Positions 18,861 to 28,250 of a DNA stretch of 64,000 bases are shown here, piece by piece. Every line of letters starts with the position of its first letter. The first letter of the stretch is position 1. The DNA is from a virus. The notes below the pieces were generated by a model that was not told the origin of the DNA, searched no databases, and worked only from the letters and a program-made list of their open reading frames with translations. Both the position numbers and the translations under genes were made by a program. The stretch is from IMG/VR virus record IMGVR_UViG_3300031746_004145, positions 4,009 to 68,008 of that record. One strand, given 5' to 3'.

Positions 18861-19874
18861 ATGCACACCAAGCTGGCAGGCCGGCTTCCGCTCCAGGAGA
18901 TGATCGCACAGCACATCGAGTCCGCTCGAGTGAAGCTGGCGGCTGCCGAGGGGAAGGAAGAGAAGAAGAAGGACGAGAAGGACGAGAAGAAGGTCGAGAA
19001 GCTCGTGAAGTACGAGAAGCGCGAGCACGGCGGCAAGATCCCGTCCGAGAAGGAAGAGGAGGCCGAGAAGTCTGCCTCCATCGACCCCTTCGACCCCGAC
19101 TCCATCGAGAAGCTGGCTTCTGCCCTGGACATCGTGGCGGAGAAGCTCGCCGGCGACTCCATCGAGCTCGGCGCCGAGAAGAAGCAGGGTGGCGAGGTCC
19201 TGCCGACCCAGACGCCGACCTCCGGCAAGCAGCCCTACACCGGGGCCAAGGCCAAGACCCAGATCCCGCAGAGCACCCCCGAGAAGAAGACCTCGGACGC
19301 AGGCCCTGCCGCCACCGCCGTCGAGACGAACGACAAGCGCGCCCCGGGCGGGACGGGTGCCAAGTACCCGGCCAAGGGCGTCCTCAAGACCGCCGGCCAG
19401 ACGGTGCTCGAGATGATCCAGGCCAAGAGGGCCGAGGCTGCCGGCGAGGCCGTGCTGGTCCCGGAGAAGACCGCCGGCGCCATCGACTACGTCCTCGAGA
19501 AGATCAAGGCCGCCGAGTTCATCGGTGGCGGCACGACCCTCGACAGCGCCGCGGAGAAGGGCCCGAAGCCGCCCTCGAATCCCGGCCGCCAGCTCATCGC
19601 CACCAACGCTTCGCCGGCCAAGGCCACGAAGCGCGAGGCCAAGGCTCCCCGCAAGCCGGAGCTGGCCCAGGTGCTGAAGGAGCCGGCCCTCACCTCTTCG
19701 ACCGACAACACGGTCAACCAGAACCTGCGGAACGCCTCCAAGGGTGGCGTGAAGATCGCAGCGGCGAAGGCCTACCTGCGGAAGATCGCAGAGGAGGGCT
19801 GCAAGTGTGACGGTGGGGGTTCCTGCCGGCACTGCAAGCTCGCCATGGCCGTCGAGGCCAAGAAGGCCTCGTAG
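18861..19874 (+). CDS. Scaffold-like/head-internal protein rich in K-x-A sites
   Basis: About ten K-[LTIS]-A sites, low complexity, C-terminal CxC..CxxC. Confidence 0.6.
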   Translation: MHTKLAGRLPLQEMIAQHIESARVKLAAAEGKEEKKKDEKDEKKVEKLVKYEKREHGGKIPSEKEEEAEKSASIDPFDPDSIEKLASALDIVAEKLAGDSIELGAEKKQGGEVLPTQTPTSGKQPYTGAKAKTQIPQSTPEKKTSDAGPAATAVETNDKRAPGGTGAKYPAKGVLKTAGQTVLEMIQAKRAEAAGEAVLVPEKTAGAIDYVLEKIKAAEFIGGGTTLDSAAEKGPKPPSNPGRQLIATNASPAKATKREAKAPRKPELAQVLKEPALTSSTDNTVNQNLRNASKGGVKIAAAKAYLRKIAEEGCKCDGGGSCRHCKLAMAVEAKKAS

Positions 19875-19901
19875 TACCTCGAGCGGAGCAAGGAGAACGT
19901 C

Positions 19902-20276
19902 ATGCGGAAGCTGAGCAACGTCGATGTCGGTCAGATGATGAAGCTGGCCGCCACCAACCTCCGGGCCCTCTCGGAGGAGAACCAGGGGCTTCGTGAGAAG
20001 GTCGCGGAGTTCGAGAAGAAGGAGCAGGCCGAGACCATCGCTCACCTGATGGAGGAAAAGGGCCTCGAGCCCGAAGCCTCCTTCCAGGAGAAGGTGGCTG
20101 GTCTGCTCAAGCGGGACGACCTCGAGGTCGTCAAGCAGGCCGTTGGCCTGTCGGCACCCCAGATGAAGCTCGCCTCGGTCCATGATGATGGGACCATCGA
20201 GGTCGAGGGTGGGGCGCATGACGAGGACGGCGGTTCCGCGGCGGCAGGCTTCGCCGCGGCCCTGGCCTCCGCCTAG
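19902..20276 (+). CDS. Coiled-coil scaffold-like protein
   Basis: Heptad pattern, MKLAA, EKVAE, MKLAS; RBS AAGGAG. Confidence 0.55.
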   Translation: MRKLSNVDVGQMMKLAATNLRALSEENQGLREKVAEFEKKEQAETIAHLMEEKGLEPEASFQEKVAGLLKRDDLEVVKQAVGLSAPQMKLASVHDDGTIEVEGGAHDEDGGSAAAGFAAALASA

Positions 20277-20327
20277 CAGTTCAACCAGTACTCAACGCCA
20301 CCCTTCAAGGAATAGGAGACGACAACC

Positions 20328-20810
20328 ATGGCCGGACCGAACTTCGAGCTCATCACCGAGCTCCAGACCCTGACCCGCCGCGACTTCACCGTCGCGGATT
20401 CCACCATCCTCAGCCCAGTGGCACCCCTCCCTCTCGTCGACGGCGAGTGGCTCGAGCTGAACTCGAGCTACCAGCTGGCGCGCGGAGCCACGGGCGTCGC
20501 CACCAGCATGCTCACCTTCCCGGTGCACACCGAGCGCGGTCGGTACGACACGCAGGCCATCGGCAAGGTCAACGTGCTGATGCTCGGCATGTACGAGGCC
20601 GAGACCCAGGTCATGCTGTCGTCGGGCATCGTGCTCGGCGAGGGCCTGATCGTGAACAACCTCAGCTCGGGGGCTCACATCGGCCGCCGCGGCATCGTCG
20701 AGCAGGGCTCCTCCACCGGAGGTCAGCTGGTCGTGGGGTACGCGACCAAGCTGCCTTCCACCAACGGCGGGAAGCTCCGCTTCGTCCACTTCGGGAACGC
20801 GCTCGTGTAG
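20328..20810 (+). CDS. Head decoration/cement protein
   Basis: 160-aa beta-rich protein directly upstream of the capsid gene, strong RBS. Confidence 0.6.
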   Translation: MAGPNFELITELQTLTRRDFTVADSTILSPVAPLPLVDGEWLELNSSYQLARGATGVATSMLTFPVHTERGRYDTQAIGKVNVLMLGMYEAETQVMLSSGIVLGEGLIVNNLSSGAHIGRRGIVEQGSSTGGQLVVGYATKLPSTNGGKLRFVHFGNALV

Positions 20811-20843
20811 TAGGGCGCCCTACAAGGAAAAGGAGACAAGACC

Positions 20844-21977
20844 ATGAGCGCCACTGCCGTCCCAGCCAAGGTCCTCAACGACCTCTTCTTCGAGAAGATC
20901 GGGTCCACCGAGGGCAAGGACAAGATCGCCGAGTTCGGAGGCACGTACATCCGCGACCGCCTCCGTGAGGTCAGCTTCGCCCGCAAGATCATCCCGCCGA
21001 CCCCCGTCCAGCGCAGCGAGCTCCAGCGCTCGGTGAACCACGACACGCTCGTCAAGATCGTGGACATCGAGCCGAACTCGAAGGCGATGAGCCTGACCTT
21101 CCGCGGTCAGCCCACCGCCCGCTTCATCCGCGCCCCGCGCTTCGAGATCCCCTTCTTCACCATCTCCTCGGAGAAGTTCGAGAAGACGGAGCAGGAGCTC
21201 CTGGCGTACGAGATGCCCATCACCAAGATCATCGAGGAGAACTCGGTGAAGGACATCCAGGCCATCGAGGACCGCCAGTTCCTCATCTACGTCGAGGCCT
21301 GCGTCCAGGCGGCGCAGCTCGCCATCAACGGCGGCTCCGCCGTCGGCTTCCGCACCGGTTCCGGCGCGGCGACCTACAACGCCCTGCTCAAGGCGTCGGT
21401 GATCAAGGGTGCCGGCGCCGTCACCGAGAACGCCGTGACCTTCACCACGACCGCTCTCCAGAAGAACGACTTCGTCAAGCTGAAGCAGCTCCTGCACCGG
21501 AAGTTCCTCCGGGCGGAGCGGCTCCTGATGACGGAGCCGGAGTACGACACCCTCTCGACCTGGACCATGACCGAGGTCTGGAACATCGCTGCCGAGACGG
21601 CGACCGAGGGCTGGAAGAGCAACACCGTGGTGGGCCTGAAGATCATCCGGACCATCAAGACCAACATCCTCCGCGAGGGCAACGTCTACTGCTTCACCGC
21701 CCCCGAGTTCTTCGGCCGGTTCTACATCCTGAACCAGACGAAGTTCTACATCGACAAGATCGCCAACCTCATCACCTGGCAGTCGTGGGAGGACATCGGC
21801 ATGGGCTTCGGCAACGTGGCCGCCGTCGTCAAGCTCGAGCTGTACGGCGGGTCGGTGACCCCCGGCCAGACGGACTCCAACTACGCCAACGTCCTGCCGA
21901 TGGACGAGGACCAGCTGAACCCGGTCAACAACCTGGCCGACGCCGGGACGACGTATCCCCAGGTCGACCAATTTTGA
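20844..21977 (+). CDS. Major capsid protein (HK97 fold expected)
   Basis: 377 aa, RBS AAGGAG, very strong codon bias, IRDRLRE.SFARKI and ED.QF pattern, followed by a terminator; synteny. Confidence 0.8.
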   Translation: MSATAVPAKVLNDLFFEKIGSTEGKDKIAEFGGTYIRDRLREVSFARKIIPPTPVQRSELQRSVNHDTLVKIVDIEPNSKAMSLTFRGQPTARFIRAPRFEIPFFTISSEKFEKTEQELLAYEMPITKIIEENSVKDIQAIEDRQFLIYVEACVQAAQLAINGGSAVGFRTGSGAATYNALLKASVIKGAGAVTENAVTFTTTALQKNDFVKLKQLLHRKFLRAERLLMTEPEYDTLSTWTMTEVWNIAAETATEGWKSNTVVGLKIIRTIKTNILREGNVYCFTAPEFFGRFYILNQTKFYIDKIANLITWQSWEDIGMGFGNVAAVVKLELYGGSVTPGQTDSNYANVLPMDEDQLNPVNNLADAGTTYPQVDQF

Positions 21978-22002
21978 CAGGCGGCTAGCTCTCTGCTAGA
22001 TT
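21974..22002 (+). promoter_or_regulatory. Sigma70-type promoter upstream of the HNH gene
   Basis: TTGACA(21974-79)-N17-TAGATT(21997-22002) with an extended TG. Confidence 0.7.
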
Positions 22003-22039
22003 AGAAGCTCCTGGGTCCGCCCAGGAGCTTCTTCTCTTT
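22003..22039 (+). terminator. Intrinsic terminator of the capsid transcript
   Basis: 13-bp stem AGAAGCTCCTGGG-TCCG-CCCAGGAGCTTCT followed by TCTCTTT. Confidence 0.8.
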
Positions 22040-22051
22040 CAGGGAGCCCGC

Positions 22052-22651
22052 ATGAAGTGCAACGGTAGGACCTGCAACAACGAAGCTCTTTCCGGAGCGA
22101 AGGCATGTCAGCGATGCCGCGACTGGCGTCGAAAGTGGAAGAAGAAGTACCGAGAAGAGCGGCCCGCATCTTCCACTAAGAAGAGGGGTGAGAAGAAGTG
22201 CAGCAGGTCCGACTGCCAGAATGTTGCAGATGAGGGCTATCGTAGATGCAAGCGGTGCCGTGACCAGCAGAAGGAGTACGAGGACAGTGTTCGCCCTCAG
22301 TTGCGGGAGAGACACAACAAGCACTACCAGCAGGTGAAGGGGGAGACCTTCGCGCACTACGGCGGCCCGAAGTGCAAGTGCTGTGGGGAAGAGCACATCG
22401 AGTTCCTCAGCATCGACCACATCGAGGGAGATGGTGCTTCGCACCGAGCCACCACCAACGGGAGCGCCAGGAATGGGAAGAACCTCTACTACTGGCTCAA
22501 GAAGAACGGCTTCCCTCCCGGCTTCAGAGTTCTCTGCATGAACTGCAACTTCTCCCTTGGTCATCACGGATACTGCCCGCACGGAGACCTGAAACAGGTC
22601 TGCCGAGCTGGCCGTCCAAGAACGGTTCCCACACCCGCCGCTGTGGGGTAG
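22052..22651 (+). CDS. HNH (His-Me finger) endonuclease with N-terminal Cys repeats
   Basis: CKCC..FLSIDHI..LCMNCN; two N-terminal Cx4C..CxxC units. Confidence 0.8.
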   Translation: MKCNGRTCNNEALSGAKACQRCRDWRRKWKKKYREERPASSTKKRGEKKCSRSDCQNVADEGYRRCKRCRDQQKEYEDSVRPQLRERHNKHYQQVKGETFAHYGGPKCKCCGEEHIEFLSIDHIEGDGASHRATTNGSARNGKNLYYWLKKNGFPPGFRVLCMNCNFSLGHHGYCPHGDLKQVCRAGRPRTVPTPAAVG

Positions 22652-22685
22652 CGTAGATTCGACCTTCCAGACACAAGGAGCCCTC

Positions 22686-23138
22686 ATGGCCTACATCATT
22701 CGCCCTGCCTACGTCAGTGGTCCCCCGAGCGACGCCCAGCGCACCCACTCGAAGTTCACGGAGGAGCCCGTCATCGGCGCCTTCCACGTGAGGCGCGGCT
22801 CCTTCCTCACGCTGGAGGACGACCAGTACGAGTCCTCCATCCAGGAGATCAAGACCCTCCTCGAGGCCGAAGCCATCACCGTGGAGAGGGTGGGCGAGCC
22901 GGCTCCCATCGACATCGAGGCCGAGAACAAGAAGATCGCTGAGCAGCACAAGGCTGACGCCAAGCGTGAGGCTGCCGCCAGGGCTGAGGCCGCCAAGCAG
23001 AAGGAGAAGGACGAGGCCTTCGCTGCCCAGGCCCCCGAGGCCGAGCCGGCTCAGGAAGAGACCTTCCAGGAGTCCGGGGCCGCCCCACAGGAGTTCGACG
23101 CCCCGACCCCCGCCAGCAAGAGGAAGGGTCGGAAGTAG
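22686..23138 (+). CDS. Hypothetical virion-associated protein
   Basis: RBS AAGGAG; low-complexity charged C-terminus. Confidence 0.55.
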   Translation: MAYIIRPAYVSGPPSDAQRTHSKFTEEPVIGAFHVRRGSFLTLEDDQYESSIQEIKTLLEAEAITVERVGEPAPIDIEAENKKIAEQHKADAKREAAARAEAAKQKEKDEAFAAQAPEAEPAQEETFQESGAAPQEFDAPTPASKRKGRK

Positions 23139-23140
23139 CC

Positions 23141-23482
23141 ATGAGGGTCTACAACCTCACGAGTGATCCACTCGCCTTCCGCAGCAAGGTCATCCCGGCC
23201 AATGGCGGGAGCGTCGAGGTCCTAGAGCTCGACCTCTTTATCCCGGCCCGGGAGAAGGCCCTGTCACAGGCTGGCGTCATCTCCTTCGGATCTCTGCCCA
23301 GCACCTGGCGCCCGAAGGTCGTCCCACCTCCCAAGATGACAAAGGCGGCTCCCAAGCCGGCGGCCAAGCCGGTCGAGGAGAAGGTCTTCGCCGAGCCGGC
23401 AGTGGCGGCGGTCACGGAAGAGGAGAAGAAGCCGGAGCCGCAGTACCAGTCCACCGCGGAGAAGTTCAAGAGGCGGGGGTAG
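23141..23482 (+). CDS. Hypothetical protein
   Basis: Coupled ORF with a Pro/Lys/Ala tail. Confidence 0.5.
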   Translation: MRVYNLTSDPLAFRSKVIPANGGSVEVLELDLFIPAREKALSQAGVISFGSLPSTWRPKVVPPPKMTKAAPKPAAKPVEEKVFAEPAVAAVTEEEKKPEPQYQSTAEKFKRRG

Positions 23483-23485
23483 TCC

Positions 23486-24019
23486 GTGGCGATCACTGAC
23501 GGGATTGACCCAGCACGACGCCCAGCAGAAGCCTCGACTGAGTTCGCGGATCTTCCTGCCGCGCAGATCAACCTCGAGAACTTCATCCAGCTGGTGCGGT
23601 CCTACATGCGGGACTACCCGGAGCTCAACCGGCTCATCGCCGGCGAGGAGAGCTCCAACCGTCAGATCGCCTGGGCCATCCTTGATGCCCTCGACGACTT
23701 CAACACCACCCCTCCCTTCACCCGCTTCGGTCTGAACGACTACCCCTCTCGGTCCCTCCTGCTGAGAGGCGTGGTCTGCACTCTGCTTGAGTCCATCGGA
23801 CTCCTCCAGACGCGCAACCACCTCCAGTTCTCCGACGGCGGCATCACCGTCGGCGTGAACGACAAGACGCCATTCCTCCAAGCCTGGATCCAGCTCTTCC
23901 GGAACAGCTACGAGGACAAGAAGATGAAGATCAAGGTCGCCTACAACATCGAGTCGGCCTGGGGTGGCGGCATCCATTCCGAGTACCGCTTCATCAACAA
24001 CTTCTACGGGGACTGGTGA
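23486..24019 (+). CDS. Putative head-tail adaptor (neck) protein
   Basis: Helical 177-aa protein with a short beta hairpin (FSDGGITV); position after the capsid gene. Confidence 0.55.
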   Translation: MAITDGIDPARRPAEASTEFADLPAAQINLENFIQLVRSYMRDYPELNRLIAGEESSNRQIAWAILDALDDFNTTPPFTRFGLNDYPSRSLLLRGVVCTLLESIGLLQTRNHLQFSDGGITVGVNDKTPFLQAWIQLFRNSYEDKKMKIKVAYNIESAWGGGIHSEYRFINNFYGDW

Positions 24020-24462
24020 TGGCCAAGATCGCATCGGAGCAGCTCATGCACGGTGGGAAGGGCGACAAGAAGAAGCCCAGCGACTTCCCGTCCAAGTCCC
24101 TGAAGCAGGGCCGCAAGGTGGAGCGAGAGCACACCGACAACCCCCGTCTCGCCACCGAGATCGCCACGGACCACCTCACGGAGGACCCGATGTACTACAA
24201 CAAGCTGAAGCTCATCGAGAAGAAGGCGTTCATCGACGAGCTCATGAAGATCGCCGCGGCGTTCAGGGGGTCATATCTGAAGAACCCGTTGGCCAGGGGC
24301 ATCGCCAACGCGCATGGTGCCGGCATCGACGCCCTGGGCGGTATCAAGAACCTCCGCAAGGCACAAGCTGGTGCCAAGGCCGGAGCCGGTCTGACTCAGG
24401 CCGCCGCCGCTGCCTCCACGCCCATCCAGCCCGTCGCTCGGGCCGTCGCTCGTCCCCAGTAG
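24016..24462 (+). CDS. DUF5661-like domain protein with an FIDELMKIA motif
   Basis: G.KVEREHT..A.EIA.DHL.E.P.YY.KL, then KKAFIDELMKIA and an Ala-rich basic tail. Confidence 0.65.
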   Translation: MMAKIASEQLMHGGKGDKKKPSDFPSKSLKQGRKVEREHTDNPRLATEIATDHLTEDPMYYNKLKLIEKKAFIDELMKIAAAFRGSYLKNPLARGIANAHGAGIDALGGIKNLRKAQAGAKAGAGLTQAAAAASTPIQPVARAVARPQ

Positions 24463-24471
24463 GAGAACCAC

Positions 24472-24606
24472 ATGATCGTCAAGTCCTTTGCCAACCTGAA
24501 CGACCTCGCGCTCTACATCACCGCGCAGGCGATCACCGTCGCCAAGACCGCCGCCATCTACTTCGATGCGGCCAGCGGCCATCACGTCATCGTCCACGCT
24601 CCGTAG
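24472..24606 (+). CDS. 44-aa protein absent from the ORF track
   Basis: RBS AGGAG; MIVKSFANLNDLALYITAQAITVAKTAAIYFDAASGHHVIVHAP. Confidence 0.65.
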   Translation: MIVKSFANLNDLALYITAQAITVAKTAAIYFDAASGHHVIVHAP

Positions 24607-24642
24607 TTCCCACACCTCTTCCTACCCAGTAGGCTGGGAGCC

Positions 24643-25038
24643 ATGAACGCTGTGATGATGCGCGCCTTCAGGGATGAGCTCAGCAAGATCGCCGCCGTCG
24701 GTGGTCTTGCTGGAATGGATCCTGTTCGAGCTGGGGCCGGCATCGGAGCTCTGGCTGCCTTCGGCCTCCAGTACATGGCCAACAAGGCCCCCAAGGGCGG
24801 CAAGTCGGTGCAGCAAAAGATCTTCGAGAAGAAGGAGCAGGAGATCAACTACGACGCGAAGGTCTCCAAGAAGGAAGGGAAGAAGCCCTCCTTCTACGGC
24901 AAGGTGCAGAAGATCACCGCCAAGCCGATGTCGCAGCTCGCCACACTCGCCACCAAGCACCCAGTCCAGGCCGCCATTCCAGCAGCCATTCTCGGCGCCA
25001 ATGCCGGCGCCATCGTCGCCAAGCACCTGTTCAAGTAG
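24643..25038 (+). CDS. FRDELSKIA-leader protein with two Gly/Ala hydrophobic helices
   Basis: MNAVMMRAFRDELSKIA; GAGIGALAAFG and AAILGANAGAI segments. Confidence 0.6.
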   Translation: MNAVMMRAFRDELSKIAAVGGLAGMDPVRAGAGIGALAAFGLQYMANKAPKGGKSVQQKIFEKKEQEINYDAKVSKKEGKKPSFYGKVQKITAKPMSQLATLATKHPVQAAIPAAILGANAGAIVAKHLFK

Positions 25039-25047
25039 GAGAAGACC

Positions 25048-25872
25048 ATGACCCCAGAGATGCAGCTGGCCCAGGCCCTCGGTGGCGCTCCCGACTCGAC
25101 GAAGGAGAAGCTCGCCGAGGCCTTCGATGAGATGTCCGTCGAGGGTCTCGAGGGCATCCTGAAGACCGCGCTCTCCGCCAAGACCATCGGCACTGCCTTC
25201 GGGAAGCGGGTGAAGCAGGTCGCGGAGGCGCAGAGCCCCGCCACCAAGAGCGCGCTGAGGAGCGGTGGTCTGAAGGAGTGGAAGGCAGGCAAGGACGTCG
25301 GCAAGCAGGTAGCAAACGCCCATCCTCAGTACGCTTCCTGGGGAGATCGCAACCCGGTCCGCAGACTTGCGGCATCGTTCCATGCGGGAGGCGAGATAGC
25401 GAAGGGTGCTTCCGTCTCCAACACCGCCGCGCTCGTCGCCGACGGCGTCGGCCGGCTGATGGCCAAGCAGGCCACTCTTCTCGGCGCCGGCCTTCGCATG
25501 GCCACTCGTACTCCGATGGCGACTCGCGCCATGGTGGGTGCGGGTGTGGGCGCTGCCGGCGGTGCGGTGAAGCACATGACCTCCAACAACCCCAACTCCA
25601 CGCTCGGTGGCAGCATGCTCGGTGGTGCGGCTCTCGGTGCCGGCGCCGGAGCGGCCGCCAAGGCTGGCGCCAAGGCGCTCCTCGGCAGCGGTCGCAAGAT
25701 GGTGAACGGGGTGGCCGCGACGGGAGCGGGTCGTTTCCAGACCACCGGCGCCGGGGCCTATGCCCGCAAGGCGCTGGGCGAGGCCAACAAGTCGGCCACC
25801 ACGGCCGCCACCAAGGCCGGCACCACCGGCCGGCAACTCGCCCTGAAGCCGCCGGTCGCGGCCACTCCCTAG
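25048..25872 (+). CDS. Glycine-zipper cationic protein (putative head-internal/ejected)
   Basis: Acidic leader to LKTA, then a basic body with GAGVGAAGG and GGAALGAGAG. Confidence 0.6.
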   Translation: MTPEMQLAQALGGAPDSTKEKLAEAFDEMSVEGLEGILKTALSAKTIGTAFGKRVKQVAEAQSPATKSALRSGGLKEWKAGKDVGKQVANAHPQYASWGDRNPVRRLAASFHAGGEIAKGASVSNTAALVADGVGRLMAKQATLLGAGLRMATRTPMATRAMVGAGVGAAGGAVKHMTSNNPNSTLGGSMLGGAALGAGAGAAAKAGAKALLGSGRKMVNGVAATGAGRFQTTGAGAYARKALGEANKSATTAATKAGTTGRQLALKPPVAATP

Positions 25873-25897
25873 CCGAGGCTGTCATGAGAGGTAGCAC

Positions 25898-27706
25898 GTG
25901 GCCACTCGCCTCCCTCTCGACGCCAACGTCGTAGGCTACTGGGGCTTCGACGAGGCAAACGAGACCGACTACGGCATCGATGAGAGCAGCTACGGTCGGA
26001 ACCTGACGATCGTATCTGCCCCCTCTGTTCTCCCTTCTCGCGTCAACAACGGTCGGCAGTTCAACGGCTCCAGCACCAATGCGTACCCAGACTCCCCCGC
26101 GCCCTTCCGGCTGGTGGGGGACATGACCATTGTCGTCTGGCCCATCCTCGACCAGGTGAACAGCTCGGGCTCCCTCCTGCGCTGTCTGCTCGAGTGCTCG
26201 AGCGCCACGGACAACATCCTCTACTCGCTCTACGTCTCGAGCGGCGGCGAGATCATCTATCGGCACGAGTACGGCGCCAAGCTTGTGGTGGAGTTCAAGA
26301 CGGCAGCAGGAACGGTGAGAGCCGGTCGCTACTATTCGGTTGCTCTACAAAGGGCAGCCAACATCCTCTGCCTCTTCCTCGACAACAAGCTCTGTGCCTG
26401 GGCTTCTTGCACGGTGAACGGCGTTTCGCAGTCTCCGCTGCTGGCCGTGCAGGCCCCGGACGGCGGGCCGACGGCGCTCTTGAAGGTGGGCAAGAGCGAC
26501 CGCCTCGTCGACAACGGCTGGTGGCAGGGGATGGTGGATGAGCTCTCCATTCACGACGTGGCGAGGTCGTACAACCCCTACCTCCGCTCCATCTACTTCC
26601 GCCTCACCCTCTACTCGAACTTCTTCCGCCTCACTGCCTACAACAACGTGAAGAGCGTGGGCGCCGCGGAGATGGGTGGCGGCTCGAGGTGGTGGACCTA
26701 CGAGCGTGATGGCTCTCTCTACGCGGTGCGAGAGAATACTCTTGGCCTCTTCAGCCCGGAGGTGCAGATCACCTCGGGTGGTCCGGCCGCCACTGGAGCG
26801 ATCAACCCAGGTGGGACGGAGAAGCCAGAGCTTATCTACGACGCGGCGACAGACAGTTTGGTCGTGGCCTTCCTCTCGTCTGGTAAGGTCTACAAGATGA
26901 CCGCCGGCGTTGGAGACGTACCAACCACTCAGACAATGCCCTACCTTGCCGAGTCTTCGACGGTGGTGAAGGTCCATCCTCGTCAGACGAGTGAAGGTGT
27001 TCGTCTTGGGGTTGGGGGAGGGCTGAAGGGCCTCGAGGATTCGGGCTACATCACTCGCACCCCACTCAAGGGCTCCTACGCAGATTCGGCGCAAGCAGCA
27101 GTCGGAGGCGAGCCCTCCTTGAGATCTTACGAGAAGGGCAACCCAGACTCACTGAGCGATGCGTACACTGCTCCGGTGATTGCCTTCACGGGCAGCCCCA
27201 GCTTCGGCATCCGCATCAGTGGCACCAACGCCTATGGCTACGCCGTCTACTCCCTTACTTCTGGGGTCGTCGCGTATCTTGGGGTCTCGACCTACGTCAT
27301 CGAGAACCTGACGTCTCGTCACTTCTTCGCCATCTCGAGTCGACTCAACTACCGCAGCTACTTCGTACGCCCAATCACCGCTCTCGGTGCTCCTGCTATC
27401 ACGGCGCGCTCCAACATCATCAGGGATATCCTCGGTGGGGTCGATAACTACTACCTCACCTATCCCGACTCCCTCGTCCTCAACAAGGACGGGGATCTCC
27501 CAGAGACTGTGATCGAGGGTGTCGGCAGTACGCCATCTCCCTTGGTGCCGGTTGTGACCATCAACCGAACCCCAGTGAAGGGCGCCTTCGGGGAGGCTGG
27601 GTTCAATGAGGGAGTCGGGCTCGGCCTCCACCTTCAGGTGACTTCCACCAACGCGGGCAACTTTGCCGTGTACACTCGCTCTCCTCCGCGATGGAGATAC
27701 ACGTGA
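25898..27706 (+). CDS. LamG/ConA-like domain virion protein
   Basis: VGYWGFDE..D.S..G..L, F.G, W.GMVDELSIHDVARS. Confidence 0.8.
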   Translation: MATRLPLDANVVGYWGFDEANETDYGIDESSYGRNLTIVSAPSVLPSRVNNGRQFNGSSTNAYPDSPAPFRLVGDMTIVVWPILDQVNSSGSLLRCLLECSSATDNILYSLYVSSGGEIIYRHEYGAKLVVEFKTAAGTVRAGRYYSVALQRAANILCLFLDNKLCAWASCTVNGVSQSPLLAVQAPDGGPTALLKVGKSDRLVDNGWWQGMVDELSIHDVARSYNPYLRSIYFRLTLYSNFFRLTAYNNVKSVGAAEMGGGSRWWTYERDGSLYAVRENTLGLFSPEVQITSGGPAATGAINPGGTEKPELIYDAATDSLVVAFLSSGKVYKMTAGVGDVPTTQTMPYLAESSTVVKVHPRQTSEGVRLGVGGGLKGLEDSGYITRTPLKGSYADSAQAAVGGEPSLRSYEKGNPDSLSDAYTAPVIAFTGSPSFGIRISGTNAYGYAVYSLTSGVVAYLGVSTYVIENLTSRHFFAISSRLNYRSYFVRPITALGAPAITARSNIIRDILGGVDNYYLTYPDSLVLNKDGDLPETVIEGVGSTPSPLVPVVTINRTPVKGAFGEAGFNEGVGLGLHLQVTSTNAGNFAVYTRSPPRWRYT

Positions 27707-28248
27707 TCGAGATCCAAGAGCTCTCTCCAGAAGAGTCGGCATTCATCCTTGCGACCATGCGCAGGGCGTCCGATGGGGCGTCCTTCGGGTGCGCCATCAA
27801 GGGATTCTTCGACGTCGTCTGTCGCAACCCGGACGGGGATGTCGCCTGGGAGATCCATCAACCAAATCTCCAGACCGACTTCGGACGACGCGTGTGGGCG
27901 GAACGTCAGTACTCCTCCGGCCTTGGTATATTCACCAGCCCTGTAGGCGAAGTGGCGCTTTCGTCCAGGTACTGTCTGCTCGACCACTCTGGGCAGACTC
28001 AGATATCTACTGGCGTCGCGCCTACGATCGACAGCAACGCCATCACCAAGACTGTCAGCAACACCTTCGCGACTCCGGCGGCCAACAGGCAGCTGGCCGT
28101 TGTTGGGCTGGCTTCTACCACTTATGCTGTGGCCACCTTCGGAGCGACCGCCATCATGTGCTACTCCCTCATCAACCCGGTCAAGACGCAGACGACGATC
28201 CAGACGCTTGAGGTCTCGTACCGGCTCACCCTTCAGGCGGCGGTGTAG
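27691..28248 (+). CDS. Putative tail/fibre attachment protein
   Basis: GFF.V..N..T..G start and P..K.QT..QTL.VSYRLT end, a layout seen in fibre-proximal proteins. Confidence 0.45.
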   Translation: MEIHVIEIQELSPEESAFILATMRRASDGASFGCAIKGFFDVVCRNPDGDVAWEIHQPNLQTDFGRRVWAERQYSSGLGIFTSPVGEVALSSRYCLLDHSGQTQISTGVAPTIDSNAITKTVSNTFATPAANRQLAVVGLASTTYAVATFGATAIMCYSLINPVKTQTTIQTLEVSYRLTLQAAV

Positions 28249-28250
28249 GC

